A stretch of DNA of 64,000 nt from Dimorphilus gyrociliatus (lineage: Eukaryota > Animalia > Annelida): assembly GCA_904063045.1 (NCBI GenBank), contig CAJFCJ010000028.1:560192-624191 (forward strand), written 5' to 3'. How positions within the stretch are numbered: the first letter of the stretch is position 1; each line of letters begins with the position of its first letter. Both the position numbers and the translations under genes were made by a program. A model generated the notes under the pieces. The model ran no database searches, was not told the DNA's origin, and was given only the letters and a program-made list of their open reading frames with translations. Below are positions 54,148 to 64,000 of this stretch, piece by piece.

Positions 54148-57100
54148 CTATGATATCAATAATTTTTGCTTCGTTTTCAAGTAGGAATCTGCGGAATTGT
54201 TGATTGATAGAAGAATCCCAAAATTTAGCTGTAGTTGAACGAAATAATTAAAAACAACATAAACTACTTGTATATATTTATGGATTGTTTAGTGTGTTTT
54301 ACCTTATTTTTCTTTAATCTATTAAGAAACAGAAGTGGATTTTTATCTTTTTTCGCCGTATGCTGATCTATGCAAATCATTTGACATCGTTTACAATCTC
54401 CTGTTTTCTAAGTTGAGTCAAAAAACACTCCATTAGTTTGAATTAGATTCTAAGTAAGATTGAAATAAAAAACTACAGATGGCATGACGGTCTAATGAAT
54501 GACTGCCTGTGGTTTGGTTTTTTGCTCTACCAATCCGATTTGAGACGGTTTCAATTTCAATTTCCACACCATCTAGAGATTTCTAATCTATTCTTGAAAC
54601 TTACTGTTAAATTCAGCCCGTCTATCGTAATTTCCTTCCAGCACTCTTCGTGAAAGGGTGGAGAACCGCTCACAATTAGGTTTGCTCTGAATCGATCCTC
54701 TTCCCTTACATCTGTCGAAGATAATTCAATTAGGGAAAACCCTAGAATTGGTGCAAATTTAGTTACCAAATTTTGGCAGGGAAAGAAGCGATTGAACACT
54801 ACTTCTAGAGATCAAAAGTAATTTCTCTTGATTACTGAATAAATCGCCTTTTCCTTCATTTACTTTATGAAAATACAGATAATTTTCTTTTAAATGACTT
54901 ACAATGTTGAATATTTATGTAGAAAGGCTTAATTTTTATCTTATTTACATGGAATTCTTCGAATTAAGCGGCAACCTGACAGTCCCAATATCTGATTAAA
55001 CCACTCGCTAGCTTCTTCGTCTTCTTCAATACCCTCAACTCTTTGTGATGAATAGAAAAAAGGACAATTACTATCATTTCCTGTTAATTCTATATACAAT
55101 TTTTTCCCAATTAATCAACTATAAGTATACTAAATTATTGAATAAATCTTCTTCGACTCGACATTCATAACTATTTATCCAAATGAATTGATAAAATGAA
55201 TTTACAAAAATAGAATTCCCCTTATTCTTTCCTGTAGATGGCTCTTGTACTTACATTTTTCCACAAACAGTCGCCTTCCTAGTAATTCGTCCTTTAACGG
55301 ACCTTTTTAAAGTAACAATTTGTTTAAATACTTTTATGACAGTTACTCATTTTTGCTATCTCTTTCTCTCTCTCTCTCTGTCTCTCTGTATCTGTATGTC
55401 TCTCATTGGTTCATCCCCCTTCCTTTCTCCCTAACTCTTTGGAATAGTTTTTTGACTATCTTTTCATTCTTTACAAGTTTAAGGACAAAAAATTTATCTA
55501 ATAAAAACAAGAGTAAAAAAGTAGGAAGAATAGATTTTTTTGTGCCGAATTTTCATAAGATAAACTGAGAAAGAGAGAGAGAGAGAGAGAGGGAGAGAGA
55601 AGAGATTGAGAACTGAGAATAAAAATTTTCGTTTCTTTTCATTAGTGATTCTTATCTTAATTTTGATAATAGTTAAAAATAAAGATACTTTAGTTTGTAT
55701 TAATTAATAGTAGTTTAAATTCACAAAAAGTTACTTTAAAGAGATAATTAAGTTGTCTACTCCTGAAGAAAAATGAGACGTGGCTTAATTAGTTTAATAT
55801 ACTTAAATCTTAATTTAAAATTTCGGAGTCACGCACCTGGATAGGACAGAGTTATTTTTTTTAAAGTTAAATCTATTTCTGGCTTAACTAAGCATAAATT
55901 TGCGTGTTTCTTTTGAGTTATAGTATCTCCTCTAGCTGTTATTATCATCCATTGTCTATCGTATAGTAATTCTTGATTGAGAATTGGCCAGCTTCCATCC
56001 TAGGGTAAGGGTAGACAAAAAAGAAAGATTTATAAAAAATGGAAAATTTAAAGAGATCCCAAAATAGGAGAGGGGAAGTAAATTTACTATTTCAAAGGCG
56101 GCGCAGGATTTAATCGGATAGACGCAAATGCGTTCGATAACCACCGAACAAGATTCCCTTTCCTGGTGTTTAGTTGGGGTTGTCTCCTTGAGGGAAGAAA
56201 AAAAAACAAAAAAGATATCATCGTCTCATTCACATATTCGTTTCATCTTTAAAATTAATTAAAATAGGCCTAATCAAAGTTAACCATTGAAAAGGAGAGT
56301 ATACTTTGAAATAGAGCTATGTACGCATATCTGACCTTAGTTTATAATTAATACGTATAGTTTGCACATTGTATACAAATTTATAAATTACTTTTAAAGT
56401 ATAACCATATATACAGTAGAATAAATTAATTTATGAATACTCATTAATGCTATGACCTTCATGAATAAACTATTTATCGGCCTTACATATGATTTATTAT
56501 AAATAGTAATTTGACAACTTTCCTAACTAATTGGCGGGAAAGCTGATTTATTTTTTAACATGTAGTCCTATACACAAAAAAACCAGATTTTCACTTTTAT
56601 TTATTTACATACTTCAATGTTTCTATTGAATTTTTAAAAGGAAGCTGTCATATCCATGATCTATGAGGTTATATATTCTATTGAAGATGATGGGAATGAG
56701 TGGGAAAACTAGAGAGGCTTAGGAGATACGTTTTAAACTTACTATAATAATTTATTTGGCGGGGAAGAAAGCCATTAATAAGTAAATAAAATTTATCTAG
56801 TAATGAGTTGACAATTAAATAAGCCTTTCAAAGTATTAATCAAGCTTTATCAAGGCTTTCGTATAGTAATAGATTCTTTTTCACCGGAAATGGGAGCAGG
56901 GTGGTGAGCAGGCCCCACTACGTAATAGAACTAATATGGAAGAGTACTATGACTAGTTTTGTGCCTGTAAATTATAAAAATAGAGAAAGTCCATACACTC
57001 ATACGCGTGAGAATGGAAGAATTAAGATGGCTAAATGTAGGACTGTTTTAAAAGAAAGGATAAAAGAAACGTAGGAATGGTTTGAGGGCGCTAGTAGAAA

Positions 57101-60100
57101 ATGGTAAGAACCTTGTTCTCGTCAACAAAGTTAGTTAGAAACTTCAAGAATCTCTCGACATCCTCCCATAAAGTCATATAGCCAAAAGAAATTCTTATAG
57201 CACCCGTTGGTTTATCATTAATGAGATCATTATCGTCCCCACACACGTGACCCAAATCAAACTGCTTAAGAACCTCATCGTCAGAAAGTTTCAGAAAGTA
57301 ATGACAGGCTCCCAAATTACAGAAGCATCCAGTCCGAAATTCTATATTGAATACTTTTGCCAGCTTGGTGACACGGCTATATCCGATAACGTTTCCGGAG
57401 GCGTCGAATAAATTAAAGGCAATAACTGGTCCTTGCGTGTCCTTATTAATAGTGTCGTGTAACGAATATATTTCTATCAATTTCTTTCCGTTTGTGTGTT
57501 GAATAGATTTCAGACGACCAGCACATTTCTTTACAAGCTTTAACAATAAAAATAATAAAATATAAAATATTTTCTGGTAGTTTTTTCTTTTAAAAAAAAA
57601 AGCAATCAATAAAATAAAGATAACATTTCGAAATACGAAGCATACATTCCTATATCATTATTTCGTAATAAAATTAATTTATTCTAATTAATGTCATTAT
57701 CCTTTAAATAATTAGCTAAAAGTTAAACCAAAAACAAAGATAGAAAGAAGAGGAAAGGAAGGAGAGAGAAAGATAGAAAGAGTATGAATAATGACAAAAT
57801 AACAATATATTAGCTTCTATCTTTTTTTTTATAATTTAAATAATAATGAAAATACGTATAGGCTTTCTTTCATTATTTACCATAAACGGTGATGCTGTAA
57901 AGAGGAAAAAAAATACTAAGAACAAAAGGAAGCATAGATGATTCTATAAAATCTCACACTCTGAAGCATTTCCTAAGCCTATAACTCCTATAACTTCTAA
58001 GTTCCAATAGACTTTCCTCTTGTAATTGATACATGAAAGAGAGAAGAGAAAACCGTAAAGCCGGTTACGAGCAACCCATGGAAAGGAGAAATCAAGATGA
58101 AAATTTGGATATAGTTGCTGTAATTTGTCCTATTTTTCAGGATTTTTTGTAACTTTTTAAGGCGTTATTTGATTATTCTAACAGGGCTTTTCTGTACTCA
58201 TTTAAGCTTATAATTATTTAAGGATTAGGAAAATATATGGGAAAAATACGTGGGATGCTTTGAGGAAAGGTATAGGGAAAAAAAACATGTTTACCTTAGT
58301 CTTCTAATGTACGTTTAGCTCCAGGGTGTTTCCTTAATATATTTAATGGGCAGTGATTAATAAGTAAACTTTTATCGAAATTCTCTTAGAGAAAAAGATC
58401 TAAGGAAAAGGTCTTTTAAAAGTATCATGGTTAATTAAGCAAAATACTTGGAATCAGGTTATTTTGATTCGTTAAGAGAAACTGATAATTCGTGACAGGA
58501 TGAAAATGACTTTAAATTATAAAATTACTAGTCTAAATTCAGATTTCTTTTCTCCTTTGAATTCTATTCACATAATTGTCGAGTTGGAAGAATCTATCTA
58601 CAATTCCTCTGCCTATTATGAAGCAATACGATAAATGCAAGGTCTTCTATTGTGTTCTGGATTACCCTTTCAGACCTAATTGCTGCTGATTGGCAGTTCG
58701 TCCCTTTGGTTACTAAGGACTAATCTTAGTTTCCTAAAAAAATAGTAAAAGGAAACGCTGATATAGCGCCGTTCTGGGCCTTCATAAAACACAAATAATA
58801 ATCCTCGCAATACATTGGGGGGAATAAGGCCAACAATAATTGAGATTTCCAACTAAATTATCTCTTCTCTGCCGAGAAAAGAAAAACAGATAAAGCTATT
58901 CGATGCATGTTAAGAAAAGAAAAAAGAAAAAAAAATGAGGGTAGGAAAATATCTTTGCTTAAACATTAGCGTTAAAAAAATATAATGCTACACCTGTCAT
59001 TTTCATTCGCTTGTTTTTACTGGGATTTACCTAATTGTCTAATAACGAGATTACGATATTATACGGAACTTATTATTGTATATTACTATTACGAATAAAA
59101 TAATAATTTAATGTGTTAATTAATTAATTAATTAAGTAGCTTGTAAGCGATTATGTTAAAAATAATGGCAATAAATAATACCTTGAAAGTATAATTCTGA
59201 ACGTTTAGTATACCTCCTGCAAAACACGAGAAATGAAGGAATATTTATATACTGTATATATACTGTATAATTTGCATTAATGTATATTTAAAATAAAATA
59301 TTAAGAAAGTAAACAAATAAAAGAAAATAATAAGTTTATATATATATAAAAAAGAAGAGAACAAGGCGAAGAAATCTTTCTTGTATTTGTATAAAGAGAA
59401 AATGTAATAAATGTAATTAGAATGAAAGTAAATAAAAAATACAGTATCGAAACAAAAGAAAGGTAAGAAAAGACACACAAATAATAGAAATCTCTCTTTT
59501 TATCAAAGAAAATTTGATTGAAAATAGAAACTGAAACAAAGTGAAGGGAAAGAAAGAATTTCAACATATGCAGTTGAAATTGCATATACAATAGCATATG
59601 TCTCTATATATTTTTATATCAGCATGAGAAAGGAGGGATAAAAGGAGAATATGAGAAAGAAAGAAAGAAAGAGAAGACAGACAAACTGAAGTAAATTAAG
59701 AAAAATATATAGCAAATATGCAATATTTATTTTATATAATACGACAACCTGTCAAAGTTTCGAAAGCTACCATTGCGTGTTGCAGTGCTAATATTTCCGT
59801 GAAAGGCAAACTGCCGTCTTCGAAGCTGCAAAAAAGATATATATGCACACCACAATAAGAAATAAATCATATATAGTGTAAACTATAGACTATATGTTTT
59901 ACTTTAGTGAAAGAAGCAAACTTTGAAAATCCTAGTGCTACATCTTTTGGACCTATAAACTTTTCTAATCTCTTATAAATAATAAAGAAAAAGTGCTAAA
60001 ATATAGAAAGATTTATATATATATATATATATAGAGGGAGAGAGTGAGAGTGAAAGAGAGAAAAAAGCAGAAAGATGCCAAGATTTTTTTTGTTTGATAA

Positions 60101-63100
60101 ACATGTGTTATATTTAAATAGAGACTTTTTTTTCAGTTTTCTTATTACATATATACAGTATATATATATTAATATATATATATATATACATATATATTCA
60201 ATATATGTATACATTATACTTATATATATAATATAAAAGATTTTCTACAATCCCCAAAGTGAGGAAATTCGTTTTAAAACGATCCTTAGTTAAGAAAAAA
60301 AAAATCTTTTCAACCTTCTTTGTACAGTTATTTCTATTAGCAGAAACCTTCTGCAAAGTAAACTTATACCGTTCGTGTAAATTCTTTTTGGCTACGTGAT
60401 ATCTCGTATCAGTTAGAGCCATTAGAATAGTACCACCTCCAAAGTAACGTTTCTTCAGCAAATAATCCGAGGAGTTCTGTTTAAAGGACGATAATAATGC
60501 ATTTTAGATATAGTTGAATAAGAAAAAGTGAGGATAAAATCTATCCTAAGGGAATATCTCAGGGAAAAAAAAAACAAGAATTTAAGTAGGAGAGAGGATC
60601 GACAATGTTCTATTCGGGTTCCAACAGATTATCTTCTTTAAAAGATTAAAATTTCTACGGGGAATAAAAAGACAAACGAATAGTCAATATATTATGTGAC
60701 AAAAGTGACTGGTTTATCATTTATAGTTCAATTTATATTACTAAATATAGATTATTGATACGTTGTACTCACAAATTATTTGTTTTTTATTTATATCAGC
60801 TTATTTGTCGCCAGGGAAGATTAAGCTACTTTACTATAAACTGTTAAGTGTCTTATTCTCTGTTCTTTTAAACTTTTTTCTTTACATACATATTCCCGTC
60901 TTCCCTATCCTTTTTGCTAAATTTTTCATTTTTTCCCTCTATCCTTCTATCCTCTCCCATTCTCTTCCTGTTTTTTTTTCTTTTTACTACTTGTTATTTA
61001 TAGACAATACTTTAGGGACTACGCGATAAATGCGAAGAGTGTAGAGAATTTGACCTAGAAAAATGGATCGAAACTAACCTTTACAATTAATGCTCCTAAA
61101 CCAGTAGGAAAGCCGAAAATTTTATAAAAACTAACGACACAAAAGTCAGGTTTGAAAGCACTTAAATCCAAGAGTGAAGTCGAGCAGAAACTAGCTGCGT
61201 CCAAAAGGACAGAAAATCCATTATCTCGACATCTCGAAATCCATTGCAGAGGGTACTTATTCCCTGAGAAATTACTTTGAGCAGTATACATGAATAAATT
61301 ATGACAACCGGCTCGTCCTGTTAAATCAAATGTTCTAGTGCATTCAATTCGCACATTGTCCTTCATTAATTCCCTGATTCCCAAGGCAGATGTATGACAA
61401 TCCTATAGAAATGCAGATTTTCAACCTACTACGTGTGTTCAAAACACCTTTTGTTTCATATTAAAATTTTAATAATGTAAAGATTAAAGTTTCTAAAAAA
61501 CAACAATAGAAAACTATTATAGCCTATATAATATATATATATATATATATAATATATACAGCGTAAACTGTAATACACTATATATATGAAATTGAAGATT
61601 ATCTGCATTCCTCATGATAGGCGAAGATGGATGAATCCTGGAAGTCAAAAGTTTCTCCTACCAATTTAAGAGAAGCTGTTGCGCCGGAGGAAAAAATCAA
61701 GGTGTACTCGTCGGAATTAGTCTTGAAAAAGTTCAGCACCTTTTCTCTGACATTTTCTATAAGATCGTACGTAAACACGCCACTTTCGTGTTTACTGTGC
61801 GGATTAGAATAGAGATTTTGCTGTAGATTATCCGCAAAAGTTTGAATTTGAATCTTTGAGTAGATTGTAGTACCAGCATGATCAAGATATGTTTTATCTA
61901 ATGAGAAAAGAAAGAAACATAAAGCGTTAATAGAAGAGAAACATCTTTAATAAATATGCTTACTACGAGTTTTCTATAGAAACTGTATACAAATATAATA
62001 TAAGATGGAGATTTAAGACAAAAAATATATTAAGCTAAAGAAAAACGGTTAGATTGATTCCATTTTTCCGTTTGAAAGAGTAAGCCTCTCTCTGCCCCTC
62101 TCCCCTACCTCCTTCCCTATATAAGATTTTTGGCCTATATGACACAATGCAGACATAAAAGCAAATTAGATTGTCTGAAATTTTGTATGGAATTATTTAA
62201 ATGTTGTCTGTATTTTATACATTTCTGTTTTTTTTAAGGCAATAAGTATTATAACAGCTAGACGTTTCACTCTTTTTTAATATTTTCCAATTATCCAACA
62301 TCTTAGGTTCAAATATAATGATAAAAACATATATAATATCAAATTTTACATAAATTTTCCCTCACGGAATCATTGGCAAAGTGTACATTGAAAAACAAAC
62401 AAGATATTTAATCAATAGCAACCGCAGAATATCTTGAAGAAAATTTAAAGTATTGTTTGTTTTGCGTTTTTTTTCGCCTAAAAAATATTCTCCTAAGATT
62501 GTTTGCCAATCTGTAATTATATAAAACAGTATAATTAAGCAATTAAGTAGACCGAGGGTGTGCGGAGGGACGGGAGAGAGAAGAAAGAGAGTATATATAT
62601 ATACATATATATATATGTGTGTGTGTGGGTGGTGTGTGAAAGGGAGGGAAGGAGGATAAAAAATAAAAAGAAAATTAATAATCAATTTCAATTATCTATT
62701 CAATCAAAAATTGAATAACAATAGATTTTAGCGAGAATGTTGTATTGTTTTATTTCTCTTCTTGAACGTATTTATAATTTGAATAGATATTTTTAAACGT
62801 TTGCTTTTTAAATTAGCACTTAATAAGTTTACTGATGCGAAATTGAAGCATTAGTAGTGAAATACGAGGCCATAAAGGAGCTATTGTTTTTAATTAATTT
62901 AGTAGAATCCGTTGTTAACTATTTTAACAACAGGTAACATTATGGAAAGTTAATAGTGTGTTATATAAGAAAATTGATATTTTTATATGTTAATTAGACT
63001 TTATTTGTTAGGTTTAACAATAAAAAAAGGACACCCATTGAGACGTTTAATAAAAGAAAATAACCTACCAATAAAGGGAAAGATCAATGGTTCTATTGAT

Positions 63101-63512
63101 AGTAAAGATGCTAAAGTAATGAGATAAATAGCTCTTTAATATTTTGTCAAAGTAACAGCATGGTCTCATTACGTAGGTTTCTTACTTAAAGCAATTAAGC
63201 GTAATCATCAAAACACGAATAGATAAAAGGGCTGCAATAAAGTCTTTAAAGGTTTTTTTCCCATCAGTTACAGAAAACAAGTGGTTGATTACTGGCTACT
63301 GTACTATTTTTGTAATTCTTTTACAAAACAACAGAACACTGACCTATTAAATTGCAAATAAAACAATTAAACGATATAATCAATCATATAATGGACAGTG
63401 TAAGCATTTAATTGGCAATGAAAAGTACACCTTCTAATTGAGGAAATTCTCTTTTTCTTATATTTTTAATAGATTCCTCGTAATTATCAACTGTTTCGCA
63501 TAAATCTTCCAT
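54148..63512 (-). CDS. MOCOS: Molybdenum cofactor sulfurase (NifS-like PLP domain + MOSC_N + MOSC, ~718 aa)
   Basis: 15 exons: 63512-63431, 61897-61611, 61402-61079, 60476-60370, 59825-59749, 59216-59182, 57537-57112, 56186-56088, 55999-55837, 55330-55255, 55040-54949, 54862-54767, 54711-54605, 54407-54303, 54228-54148 (2157 nt, in frame). Motifs IRKREFPQL..KTYLDHAG, NPHS, SFYKIFGFPTGLGAL (PLP Lys), YFGGGT, RFEDGS, FRTGCFCNLGAC (persulfide Cys), IYPIKSC-like VYPIKSCAA, RFRAN and CKRCQMICIDQ. Intron 2 requires a GA donor. Confidence 0.93.
61403..61610 (-). other. Putative non-canonical GA-AG intron 2 of MOCOS (208 nt)
   Basis: CAT GAG|gaatgc...ttctatag|GAT TGT CAT yields an ungapped FAYHEDCHTSALG, matching the family consensus F.YL.D.HTSV.G. 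Confidence 0.7.
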
Positions 63513-63539
63513 TTTCTTCGAGTTAACACTTATTGAATG

Positions 63540-64000
63540 TACGCGGCCATCTTGAAAGATCACATGATCAGTCGTAGGCTAATATGCATAATAATCGATA
63601 GTATTTCTGCGCCCTTCCGGACGTCCTACTAGTTGGTTTGTAATAAGAATTTGTAAAATAGACAAAAATATAAGATGTCAAACACGTATTTAGGTTATAA
63701 ATACTTATTTAAACGAAAAAGCAAATGTTAACTGCAGTTATAACAAAGAAAATGAGAAGAAAGTAGTAGACAAACTAAGGAACTATTTGCGCACGGACGC
63801 TTACTACGTAACGCGGTCCGTTAGATAGCGGTGCATGTTCGAGTTTCTCCTTTTTTCTTTTCCCTCCCGTCACTCTTCCCTACCCGCCCAAACCAACGAC
63901 TGCACCCCGCTTGTCACCGAGGTATGTTCTATAAATATTTTCACTCTAAAAACTTCTTCAAAAATCCCGCCACACCGTTACAAAACAATTGACAAACCCG
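63540..64000. promoter_or_regulatory. MOCOS promoter, probably shared with a divergent gene beyond the window
   Basis: YY1-like AAGATGGCCGC (minus, 63543-63553), E-box TCACATGA (63560), CpG-rich stretch with CCCGCCC, and a plus-strand donor CCGAG|gtatgt at 63922. Confidence 0.5.

Noticed and set aside
58600-58800. GC-richer block in a MOCOS intron as a nested gene or extra exon
   Set aside because: All frames are closed, and the flanking MOCOS exons join in frame without it.
61600-61670. GC or upstream GT donors as alternatives to the MOCOS GA donor
   Set aside because: The GC site has the wrong phase for the only available acceptor, and the GT site deletes 17 conserved residues.
62362-62691. 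109-aa minus-strand ORF as MOCOS exon 1
   Set aside because: It is low-complexity. The true first exon at 63512-63431 gives the conserved IRKREFPQL..YLDHAG.
1-64000. CRISPR array, prokaryotic defence system, tRNA/rRNA, or intact transposase/RT
   Set aside because: None seen; the window is spliced eukaryotic DNA.

Overview
This is AT-rich (roughly 70% by eye) animal genomic DNA with many short introns (52-90 nt). It resembles a compact invertebrate genome such as a lophotrochozoan; that assignment is inference only. I reconstructed eight spliced genes by hand, and every model has exon lengths and phases that sum in frame. They are: two tandem paralogous secreted multi-domain proteins (5.4-10.4 kb, minus), an orphan single-pass membrane protein (12-13 kb), a class A FMRFamide-receptor-like GPCR (40-41.8 kb) behind about 27 kb of non-coding DNA, beta-mannosidase, KANSL2 head-to-head with cyclin T, and molybdenum cofactor sulfurase (MOCOS). 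Four observations stand out. MOCOS is intact but appears to require a GA-AG intron. Cyclin T carries a consensus U12-type intron and also a GC-AG intron. At least 17 TATA-CAG/CTG-TATA motifs match Tc1/mariner excision footprints. A CLEAR-like E-box cluster sits just upstream of the lysosomal beta-mannosidase. I found no prokaryotic-type system, CRISPR array, tRNA, rRNA or intact transposon.
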